A stretch of DNA of 64,000 bases from Amoebophrya sp. A120 (Eukaryota; Protista; Dinoflagellata). Location of the stretch: NCBI GenBank assembly GCA_905178155.1, contig CAJINV010000005.1, positions 3,885,556 through 3,949,555 of the forward strand. The letters run 5' to 3'. The translations under genes and the position numbers were made by a program. Below the pieces are notes generated by a model. That model had not been told where the DNA came from. It saw only the letters and a list, made by a program, of their open reading frames with translations, and searched no databases. Of this stretch, positions 12,007 to 22,200 are shown piece after piece (positions within the stretch are counted from its first letter, which is position 1; each line of letters starts with the position of its first letter).

Positions 12007-13614
12007 ATGGGTCCCTACATCGGCAGCTCACATGGCGCCGGCGATGAGGACGTGCCGGCAAAGGTAGTTTCGGAGTGGAACGTATCCTGAGTAAAAACGT
12101 CCCCACACCAGAGTCAAGATGGGGACTTTGCAACACAAACCTAGAAGTTTTGGTGGTCACGCATGACAAATTTCAATTCCTACTGTAGTGCAGATTAGCG
12201 TGGACAGCCGCATTACAAAAAAATCTGCTTATCCTGTTTACAGCATTACAAATTTTGGAACACGATGGGAAATTAATGCCTACCATGGGTATGCGCATCA
12301 CAAATGTTCCTGTCATTGGAAATCAGCATTACAACTCTGGGGTGGGGACGTTTTTACACAGGATAGAACGGCAAGCGACTAGGGTTGTTGGGCGTCTGCT
12401 GCTTTTCTGCCATCACCTGCATCACATGCGCCGTCGTAGAGGAAACGCTCTCGGCCGTGTTAGCGTACTGATTTTATATTTTCGCTTGCTGGTTCTCGAT
12501 GCTGATGTTCTGGCTTTTCGTCTTCTCACTTTGCCACGAAAGCGCATAAACATTTGCTATTGATGCCTAATCTTTGTCCCGGAAGCGGAACCACATTTTC
12601 TCAAGAGTCCAACTTGATACGGTAGCGGTTCTCAAGATAAAGATTCCACTACGTGCCGCACTGTAATAAAAATTCCAACCTCCACAGCTTTGGCCTCGGA
12701 ATCCTTGCGTTCTACACGCTGCAAAACAAGGGGCTAGAGGATGCACCGAAGCATACCGAGGACCTGGAGCTGTATCAAATGTAAAAATGTCTGGGTCTGG
12801 AAGAATCCAACTTGTGATGCTGCATTTGGATTCCAAAAAAATCTGTATTGCATGAGTACCAAAGGGAGTGTAATTCTTGCTACGCGAAGAGGGCATTTGT
12901 CATGCTGAATAGGCATCAAGAAGCTCTCAAAGAATCTGTGACGCTAGGGCATGCATCACAGACATCAGGGCTCATCCAAAACGTGCATGACAAGTGACCT
13001 GGCTCGTCTTTGATGGGCAGGCGGATGACTGTGACCTGTCTCGCCCATCAAGATCCCTAATCCGTAGCTCCTAGACGTTGCCTGGCCCGCGAATGACTCC
13101 ACGGCAGCCGGATGTCCGTGACCTGGTTATAAAGGGCTTCGTCGATCGATTGTGCCACTAGGGCCTTGTGTTCTGGCTACTCCGGATCGCAATCGATGGA
13201 GGGCGGGACCTGCACCGGCGACAGGCGCTATCCAACCAACCAACCAACCAACCAACCAAGTGTCAGAATCTTCCAGACCCAGACATTTTTACATTTGATA
13301 AGCTGACCCAGGTAGCGAAAAAAGAGGGCGTCGACCTCGACACATTTCTCCGCGACCCCGAGTCGCACACTGCCTCCAAAATTCTGGTCCACGCCCTGAT
13401 CAAGGAGTATTTGCGTGTGGTGGCGCGATTGCAGCAGGTGGATCCCAAGGCCGCGGCCAGCGAGGAGGAAAAGGGCGAGAGTGCAGTAGAGCAGTACCAT
13501 CTGGAGACGGAGGCAATCGCAATTCAAATCGACGAATCGAAGTGTTCGAAGCAAACGGAGTCAACGGACGGTACTGATGTGAAAAAACTCTCTTCGATTC
13601 ATTATTGTGAATGA
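12007..13614 (+). CDS. Hypothetical protein (multi-exon, 2 introners)
   Basis: MGPYIGSSHGAGDEDVPAKVVSEWN|GKRLGLLGVCC across 12083-12365, and EDAPKHTEDLEL|TQVAKKEGVDLDTF across 12773-13300. Linkage of the two parts is inferred. Confidence 0.5.
12083..12365. mobile_element. Introner family D (283 bp)
   Basis: tatcctgagtaaaaacgtccccacaccagag ... ctctggggtggggacgtttttacacaggata; perfect DR gaacg. Confidence 0.95.
12773..13300. mobile_element. Introner family A carrying a nested insertion
   Basis: Perfect A TIRs; perfect DR agctg at 12768-12772 and 13301-13305. Confidence 0.93.
12997..13256 (+). mobile_element. Nested SINE-like or truncated LINE 3' end with (CCAA)n tail and 6-bp TSD
   Basis: caagtg is duplicated at 12991-12996 and 13257-13262 (single in the intact A copy at 596); ends in about 6 ccaa units; internal hairpin at about 13007-13053. 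Confidence 0.8.
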
Positions 13615-13709
13615 GAAAATACAAGACGTGGTTTTCAATTTTGCGTCACATTGTCAGACTTCAATACTCACATGTCTATTTTTTGATCCTGAAAATATGA
13701 TTCGTTGCC

Positions 13710-14400
13710 TTGGAATTGCAGAACTGCATTGAACCGATTTTGATGACAGTGGCCAACGGTGGTTCGCGAAAGGCGAGTTACGACTCCGAATTCGACGAAG
13801 GGCAGATGATTGTGGAGGACGAAGTGGACGGGTTGAAGCTCGCAAAGAAGGAGAAGAAGGCGAAGAAGGAGAAAAGCGGTATCAATCAAAAATGATGTTG
13901 TAGCCACGTGGCTCCTTCCACTTTTTGTTTTTCATATGCTTCTTTCGATGTAAATTGCAGGTATCTTGTATGTACTTACTTGTATGGTGTTGCAAAAATC
14001 ACTACACAGGTGATGCGGATAAGAAGGAGAAGAAAGAAAAGAAGAAGAAGTATCAAAATGAAAAGTACCCACCCCAACAGGAGGAAAGGCTTGTATTGTA
14101 AAACTTTCGAGTGCAACCACTTACTTACCCCATTGCATGCATCAGCATCACAGGTTCTTTTCGCTGCAGACTACAACGCAAAAGATGTGTTGCAAAAGGC
14201 CGAGCATCAGCGGGGCTTCGCTTTTCTAGAATCTAGATGAGCGAGACTCGTAGTGCTTTTACGCAAAACAGAGATGGGTTCCAGATCCACTTAAAAACTT
14301 TGAATCAGAAACGAGTATTTCCCGGCTCTGGGGGCGTGGTACTTTTCACTTTTATAAGCTGCGCGCGATTGACGAGGAAGAAGTCGAGCAGGAGTTGTAA
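13710..14400 (+). CDS. Small Lys/Glu-rich protein or 3' exons of the upstream gene
   Basis: A GT-AG intron at 13879-14009 and the introner at 14051-14356 join KKEKKAKKEKS|GDADKKEKKEKKKK|RAIDEEEVEQEL-stop. Confidence 0.55.
14051..14356. mobile_element. Introner family B-like (306 bp)
   Basis: tatcaaaatgaaaagtaccc ... ggtacttttcacttttata; DR agaag/agctg; same length as 240-545; frame restored. Confidence 0.8.
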
Positions 14401-15152
14401 ACTTCTTTTCGTCCACAACATAAAAAAACGTATTGGAATTTCATCACCTCTACTCTTGAAAGCAGCCAGACTTCCATAGATACTGACTCAGTTATTGGAT
14501 TATTGTCCGTTTCATGCTACTAACTTACGTCCATGCTGTCAAGGCGGCTTTGTTTCCGGCCGAATGTAATGCTCCATGTGAAAAAATTCAGCTGAAATTA
14601 AGTTTCTAAAATGTATGAAATCCAAAGCTCACGAACAATACTAGCTCATGTACCTGATCTATCAAATCTCTACCCACGATTAACATGTGCTATACTTATA
14701 CCATGCCCGCTGTTGTACCGTCACACGTGCACAATATTCGTAGACCTCAAAAGATGAACAGCATGAATCGAATGAATTGCAAGCACTGTTGGTCCACGAG
14801 GCTGCTGAGGCAGCAGATGCGGCGTATCCTTTCAAGCAGCGAACGTTGGTTCTGTTTTCTTTGGAATCATGAGATCATCCTATTCCTTTTTCTATGCGAA
14901 AAATCTGCAAGGATCCGGTATCAGATCAGAGAAAAAATGATCAAACTGCTTCTTGGTGATCCGCGAGAAAATGAATCAGATCTGCATCTGTAATTTGCAT
15001 TTGAGCGCTTTTCGCCTTCGCGAATTTGTCATTTTTCAATGAAATCCCCACAGCGAAATCAGGTAGAAAGGTCCTTAGAGTGTGTAGATACTACGTGTAC
15101 AGAACAACTGCCTCATATACCTTGACTGTGTAGTTTCTTTTATGGATTCGTT

Positions 15153-16913
15153 TTGAAAATGCCAACCGCCACGTGTGACCAAGATAGATTTATTTCGTTT
15201 TTCAAGCTCATTCCCCGCGAAGTGTGGAGCGCCAAGCTAGGCCTCTCCTGTGACGACGATATCAATAAAAGCGGCGACTTGACAGCGCGTGAAAGCGAAC
15301 CCGGACCCAGTGCTGAATTAAATTTAGCCTGCTGTCCGGATGATGATCTTTCGGAGTCTAGCCCTTCCCCTCTTCCGTCGTACGACTTCATCCCCCAGGA
15401 AGAGTATTCGGCTATCATAGCAGACACAACTCGCCTGGAAATTAACTTCCCCGAGCCATCTTTATCATGTGATCTAGTACAAGCGACGAAAAATAATAAC
15501 GTTCCAGCTTGCCGGTCTGAGAGGAACGAAGAGGGTAATTCTCAGCTTCTTTTGCCGCTGCACGTTCGCGGGGACGAAACTTTTTCTTTCCACGGAACAA
15601 AGGACAGAAAAGCCATTGGTGAAGACGATGCTGATTGGAGTCCTGCGTCCGTTTCTACCCGTGCTTTCTCAGACGCGGCGGAGGAACTACTGGAGGATGA
15701 TGCAGATGAAACCGGGTGCAGTCCAGCGTCTGCTTCAGTGGAGTTCTGTGCGCTCTCTCCGGCTGATTGTTCGGAGAAACAGCAATCGAAAGAAAAACCA
15801 GTGTTAGGGCATAAGAGCACTGATGCGCAGCCTCTCGTCGTGCCGGTTGTCGGCGATTCCGCGGCATCAAGATGCAGCCGCTCCGGCAGAACTTTTCTCC
15901 TCGACGTGCCCAAAGCCACCATGCCGGACAGTTATTTCGCGAGGAGAAGGGAGGAAGCGTCTCCGCACGAGACTGCCTGCATGTACGACATTTATTTGCA
16001 CGCGGACGCAGGATCTGGATCATCTTCTAGTTCTACACCCTCGGCAACCTCCGACGATGCAACGGCTGACTTCGACGCCTCAGATGCGTTTCTGCTCAAA
16101 CCTGAGCACCGAATACCTGTCGGATTTGGCTTCTGGGACGCGGCGCACGCCCTAGCGGTGTTTTTGCAGCAATTTGTTCTGGATTCAAGGCGACCTGAAA
16201 ACAGCGTTGTTGATCACGCGGCGGCGGCGGCGGCGGATAAGAAGCTTCATACCTCCTACGCACTAGGTGTATCAAGCCAAAAATTCGTCGACCTACAGGA
16301 TAAGCGTGTGATCGAGCTTGGGTGTGGAAGCTGCCCGCTGCCAGGGCTGGTGTGTGCGCAGGACGCTTATGGTGCGCGACGCCCGGTTCTTGCTGTGGAC
16401 TACGAACCTGGAGTTTTGGAGCTGGCGAGCCACAACGTTGCGCTGAATGGGTGTGCAGATGAAATTGTGAAGGTTCAACGCTACGGGTTCGGCGAGCCGG
16501 TGACGGAATTACGAATGGACCACGGGAGCAACGCTGATTCTTCTACACGTGGAAATCGTGTCCTCGACGCGGCGAAAAACTACGAAAGCAGAAGCCAAAA
16601 TCACTTCGACGTGATCCTCGGAGCAGATATTGCGTACGTCCCCGCAGATATTCAGAAAAAGCTTCGAGAGTCCCTAATCGCTCTCGCAAATCCGTGCGGA
16701 AAAACGACGTTGATCCTCGCGCATTCCAGACGAAAGAAGAAGGAAGAAACCCGGTTTTTGCGCGAGCTGTGCTCTGCAGACGGGTGGGAATTACAATATG
16801 TATTTGAAGATCAGATGGAAAATCGACATACTTTTTTTGGCGCGGTGGCACATAATGCACAGCCAGACATGATGAAAACGGAAATCGACATATTCATTTT
16901 CGAACGATATTAA
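15153..16913 (+). CDS. Seven-beta-strand lysine methyltransferase (METTL21/family 16-like) with long N-terminal extension
   Basis: Motifs GFGFWDAAHALAVFL, KRVIELGCG, LAVDYEP, FDVILGADIAY; 586-aa uninterrupted ORF. Confidence 0.85.
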   Translation: MKMPTATCDQDRFISFFKLIPREVWSAKLGLSCDDDINKSGDLTARESEPGPSAELNLACCPDDDLSESSPSPLPSYDFIPQEEYSAIIADTTRLEINFPEPSLSCDLVQATKNNNVPACRSERNEEGNSQLLLPLHVRGDETFSFHGTKDRKAIGEDDADWSPASVSTRAFSDAAEELLEDDADETGCSPASASVEFCALSPADCSEKQQSKEKPVLGHKSTDAQPLVVPVVGDSAASRCSRSGRTFLLDVPKATMPDSYFARRREEASPHETACMYDIYLHADAGSGSSSSSTPSATSDDATADFDASDAFLLKPEHRIPVGFGFWDAAHALAVFLQQFVLDSRRPENSVVDHAAAAAADKKLHTSYALGVSSQKFVDLQDKRVIELGCGSCPLPGLVCAQDAYGARRPVLAVDYEPGVLELASHNVALNGCADEIVKVQRYGFGEPVTELRMDHGSNADSSTRGNRVLDAAKNYESRSQNHFDVILGADIAYVPADIQKKLRESLIALANPCGKTTLILAHSRRKKKEETRFLRELCSADGWELQYVFEDQMENRHTFFGAVAHNAQPDMMKTEIDIFIFERY

Positions 16914-17039
16914 GGACATGTAGTAAAACTATGACAGTAAATTGACACACACAACAACTGGCGACGGAAGGGCATGATAATAGAAACGAAAAGTTGGAGG
17001 CATCTTGGAACGGTGTTCCTCGAACCCGGGACCGAAAGG

Positions 17040-18000
17040 AGGAAACTCAAATTGTTGAGATTGTTCCATGAAATTTATTGAAATTGCAAGCTACATCTTC
17101 TCGGAAAATGGATTTATTACAATATTCGGATTGTAGCGAAATTTTCGAATGAATTTCGCATGTGAATGAAATATCATCAAGCCTGGATTCCAATTCATCA
17201 TCATATATGATCCATAAGAAAGAGAAAAACTCGCAAAGAATAAGAAAGATATGTCAACATGTTCTCATTCTCCTCATCTCTGTTTTCCATAAATGAGAGA
17301 AATGTATCGTCGATGATTGCCATCATTTTGCAAAAAGAAATTCAAGTGATTTCTCGAAATAACCGATTTTTTTTTTTTTTGAGGATCAGAATCAATCTCA
17401 ATCTCCCTGTTATCTTATGAATCTCATGACTTCCATAGGAATGGGGTAATAAATTATCTCGTAGAATGGATAATATCATATTCAAAATGGATTTTCTTCC
17501 CATCCGATTGATCGGTTGATCTCATTCGAAAAAATCCGTAGTAGTTTGTAGTTAATCTAAATTTGATGGTGACAGAGAAGAATTGATGGGAGAATTGAAT
17601 ATAGCATATTTTTGGGTCTTGAAAAATGCAATAGCAACCATGCCCAGCCATCCATGAAAAGAAAGAATGAAAGAAAGACGAAATTATTCTTGTGACAGGA
17701 AAAAGATGATCAAGAGAACAAAGAAATTGAAAATGATTCTGTGGATCCTTTAAGTTCTTGAATATGGAAAGAATGAATGAAAGATGATCTCATTCAGAGA
17801 TGATTAATTATTACAACTGACATTAATTGAGAATGAGAAAAAGTTTTCTCTTCTGAGAGAATCCAAAATGCAAATAGAATATACAATTTATTGAAAAAAA
17901 TTGAATAGAATCATTTTGATTTTTTGAGAAAAATAGAATGGATGAAAATCGAAAAATTGAATCTTCATCCATCATAATTTATTTTTTGATTTGATTTGAT
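17040..18000. other. AT-rich non-coding block at convergent strand switch
   Basis: Abrupt fall in GC; rich in gat/aat/gaa/ttc words; no credible ORF; lies between the last + gene and the first - gene. Confidence 0.75.
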
Positions 18001-18352
18001 TACACTCTTGCAGTCTGTTTACCGTGCATGGCACGTAAGTCAAGAAAAAAGGTTTCTTCCTTTGTATGCTCCTGACTGAAGTGACAGGCAGCAATTGTAC
18101 TCCTGGCTGAAGGTGTGCCAGGCAGTACTACATCATTTATTCACGATGCTGTTACGTGAATGAAGTTCTTTGTTCAAAACGCATGCGACTCTTGCATTTG
18201 TCGCATTACTACATCAAGCACGCGCCCCATGATAACACGCACAGGACTGCCGTGTTTGCTGGTAGTCGTTACTCCGAAATTGCGAGATGTCGGAGAAAAA
18301 ATGAAGATGAAGATAGTGGTCTGCAATTGGCTATGGGTGCAGGTGCATCCAT

Positions 18353-18949
18353 CTATTTCTTGCCGTTCTTGCCGTTCTTCCCCTTGCCCTTCTTGCCGCC
18401 CTTTTTCTTGACGTTACCATTGGCCTGGCCGTTGTCGGTGTCCCTCGGCTTGCCCATCTGCATCGGTTTCAACTTCAAGCCACGACTGAAGTACTTACGG
18501 TAGGGATTCGCATCGACCATGCGGGCCAGATCCATCACCTTGCTATGCGACTCGCCAAGGTGAAAAACGATCTGGATCCAGTTGTTATTTTTCCAGTTGA
18601 TGTACTCAACAAGCTCCGGATTGTCCTGGACCACCTTCCAGACCTCGACGAAAGCATCCTTCTTGGCAGTGAAGTCGGCTTTCTGGTCGTCCGACCACGA
18701 TTCCTCTAGCTCCTTGAGCTCCGTGGTTCCGTCGTCCTTGGTCTGGTACTCCATCTTTTTCGGAGATGGCTGAGCACCATGGAAGTGGGTACCCATCAAG
18801 CGGAGGAACGAGGACTTCTGCTCCTTCGTGAAGTTCGTCAAAAAATCGCCATTGGGGGAGTTGTCTTTCCGCGGCCAGCGGATTTCCGGGCTGTTGAACT
18901 GCACCATCAAGCAGCGCTCTTTCTCGATGCGCTCGACACGTCGCTGCAT
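18353..18949 (-). CDS. Intronless 198-aa orphan protein with Lys/Gly-rich basic C-terminal tail
   Basis: ATG at 18949 (MQRRVERIEK...); strong G/C third-position bias; ends KKKGGKKGKGKNGKNGKK. Confidence 0.75.
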   Translation of the reverse strand: MQRRVERIEKERCLMVQFNSPEIRWPRKDNSPNGDFLTNFTKEQKSSFLRLMGTHFHGAQPSPKKMEYQTKDDGTTELKELEESWSDDQKADFTAKKDAFVEVWKVVQDNPELVEYINWKNNNWIQIVFHLGESHSKVMDLARMVDANPYRKYFSRGLKLKPMQMGKPRDTDNGQANGNVKKKGGKKGKGKNGKNGKK

Positions 18950-19159
18950 CGTTCGGCTTGGTGCAGACGCAAAATTTTTTTTCCTTGTAGTACGGCGAGA
19001 TGGTGAAACTAGGTAGACCACTGATAGAGACAGGAATTGGAGCAAGTATTTGTGCGAGAACGACGTCATTCAAAAACAGCAGAAAGCGCAAAAAAACAAA
19101 AACGCCAATAGCAGACAGAAAGATCAAGAGAGAAGCAAAACCGGAACGGGCTACAGGGA

Positions 19160-19229
19160 GTGGGTGTGTGCGCCACTGTGTAGCCGTAGTGGGTATGTGC
19201 GCCACTACAAACGTGGGTGTATGCGCCAC
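19160..19229. repeat. Three 17-bp direct repeats GTGGGT(A/G)T(A/G)TGCGCCAC
   Basis: Copies at 19160-19176, 19189-19205 and 19213-19229. Confidence 0.85.
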
Positions 19230-19259
19230 GTGTCAATCCTTGCTTAAACGGCGCACAGG

Positions 19260-22200
19260 GAGTACTTATCATCATCAATTTTTTCCAACAACAAAACACA
19301 AACGAAGCACATCGAGAGATTGATAGAACACGCCAAAGGTTTAGTCTAGTCCACAATGGGGTTGGCAACATCAAACGCTTGCAAATCAGCCAAATACTGC
19401 AGGACCTCGTCCTGCCGCCGCCCCTTTTTCTGAGCGGGGTCACATGTCAACGCATGTTGTGTCAACTTGCGTGCACACTGCACGCCCTGCCCACTAGTGG
19501 CCTTGCCGTCAGTGCCTGTTGTGCCGCACTTTTTGCAATGCCAACGGTTGCCCCATGGCAACTGTGTTCGTCCTCCTGCATAGGTTCTAATGCAAATTAC
19601 TTGATCAAAATCAACACCAGAATAATCAACCTTCGCACACCTAGTCTTGTGCGACTTGAAGCCGCTGCCGCCATCTGGAAAACGCACAAAACAATGCGGG
19701 CACTGGTGCTGCGAGATGACGCTGTGGCTGGCGATCAGCTCGCCCTCTTCGTGCACGTTCTTCCGTAGTCGGATCTCGCTGGCGCCAGCATTGACCCCAT
19801 GGCCGGCATACAACTCGTCGCGCCGTTTCTCGACATTGCCGCCGCCGTCTGCTGCGTACGCTGCCAGGCGCTCTTGCTCCTCAATCTTGCGAATGTAGAG
19901 CGTAGCCGCCTCGTGCCACTGCTTGCGCGTCATGTCAGGTCGGAGTTGCGCGCGCGCCAAAATTTCGAGCCACTGCTTGGCCAAAGTCCTGCGCTGCATC
20001 CGCCTGTTTCCTTGCGCACCTGCTGCAACTGTGATCAACTTGCCGTAGATCAGGTGGTGGTCGGTGCGTCCGGCCGGGAAGCGAGCGCGGTACGTGTTGC
20101 CTTTTTCTACTCCTTCGCCCGGCTCGTCTCTTCCCATTCGGATTTTGTGTCCTAGGTAGTCGATAGTGATTCTCTCGATCGCTGTCCGCGCACTCTGAGT
20201 GCCGAACTTTCTCCGTAGTGTGTAGTTGTTGGCCACCCCACACATTCCCGGAATTGTGGTGCCTGTGATGGTCCGCAGCATCTTGTTGATGAACACATTT
20301 GCTTCCTGATAACTGCGCTCGTTCCACAGACGCACCGCCGCATTGTAGTAGACATGAGAGAGGACGTTGGATTTGATCAAACTGCCTCGCTTGTAGTAGT
20401 TGATCCGTCCACGCGCCCGCAGTAGAATCGGCTTCCACTCTGCCCACGCCCCGCGCGCCTTCTTCAAGTGCCGCTCGAGGCACACTCCTGCGCTGTGGTA
20501 CGTCGACAACTCACATCCTACAACTTTTACTTTCTCTTCGAATCCGGGTGGTATGGGAGGCTTTCCGTCTTTCTCGAGGGGTCCGGGGTAGTGGAAATGT
20601 GGTCCCTGCAGAAGAAGCCGCTCCGTTTTGTCCGGGTGCACTTCCTGGCCGAAGGTGGTCGCAACGTCCTTGATCGTGCTCTCAACCTGGGGCGCCTCCC
20701 GGAGTGTCGTCGGTAAGGTGGCATCATCTGCAAAGAGCAGAGCAACAACCCGCCGCACCGCCGCGGGGTCGATGTTCTGCGTGTCCGTGAAGGCCGCAAG
20801 CTTTGACAAAAAATCGCCCGTCACTGCTAACTTGATGCCGTCTAGCCTGCGCGCCAGCTCCCGATACATGATCTCGCTTAAAATTCCGTATCCGTCGGGG
20901 CTGGATGGTCCTCCTTCCTTCATCCCACGCGTCGCTCTCCACTCTTCTGACGGCTCGCGGTCCACCATGATGTAAAACGTCGCCTTGTCGTGTAGGTGCG
21001 CCAAGAAGTCCACGTTCGTAGCCGGAACGCCCGCACGCCGCAGGATGCGGTATACAAGCTCCCGAATCACGCTCGGAAAGGCCTTCTTGAAGTCAATCAG
21101 GATCAATGCAATTTCATCCAAGATCGACGCGCGCGCTACTGTTCTCGTCTGGTCGGCAATGAACTGCAACATCATCACCAAGTCCGCCGTCGAGCAATCA
21201 GACCGAAACCCGCGCTGCGTTGCTGTCTCCCGGTAGAAACCAATCCCCTCGAGGTAATGCTTGAGCCGCTTCTGTAGAATGGTCTCGCACAACTTAGAGA
21301 GAAAGGTCGCGACCGCAATTGCTCGATAGTTGTCCAGCAGCCGCGGATTAAGGTTCTTCCCCTTGTAGAGGGCATTCATGCGCACCAGGTGCGCCGCATC
21401 CGGTATGGTTTTCGTTTTGAAACAATCCTGCACCAAGTTCACCAAAAAGTCCCAAGTTTCGTCGCCGAGGTGCTTGATGTGGGCAATGTGGATCTGATCC
21501 ACCCCCAGAGCGCAATCTTTCATCTGCTTGACACAGTGAGCAATCTCGCCCTCGCTGGGTATGCCCCACATCGGGTCCGCCGATTCCGGTTGCTGGTCTA
21601 GGTTTCTCTCCAAAGCCTCCTGGAATCCTTGCGGAACTTCCGCCGACCGCAGCATCAGCTTGCTGAAGTGCGTCTTCGCGTCCTCTACGGTAAACGGGAT
21701 CGCCTGTCTCACCCTTGCCCCCGCTGTTGGTTCGAAGATCACGCCTGTTCGCCGTAGCCTTGCGTAATCTACTCGCCCACACTGGCCATACTCTGCCTGG
21801 CACTGGTCTGCAATGCGGTCGATGTAGTCTTCGAAGTCCAACTTCTCGGCAGCACGGTAGTCCTTCTCGATTTTTCGCAGTCGCCTGTTTAGCTCCTGCC
21901 TCTCGTTCGCGCCGTCTGCTAAAAATCGGGAGCACAGTAGGTCCTCTTTTTCGTTCTTGTACTCGCGGAACTTCCGAACGTTCAGCCATGGGGGATACTG
22001 CTGCGCCCCCCTCTCCTGATTCGTCGGAACCACCGCCGTCGCGCTGTTTGCTACTACCGTGGTGAACTTTTCCCACCTCTCCGCCAAACTGCTGCTCGTC
22101 TCTCCTCGCTGCTCGTTCCGCAGGTTCGCGTCGGTCTCCGAGCCAAACGCCGTCTGTGCTGCTTCGTCGCGCCGAAGCGCTTCATACGGTGGCGTCGGCG

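Noticed and set aside
19160-19229. CRISPR-like array
   Set aside because: Only 3 units of 17 bp with 7-12 bp spacers, eukaryotic context, and no cas genes.
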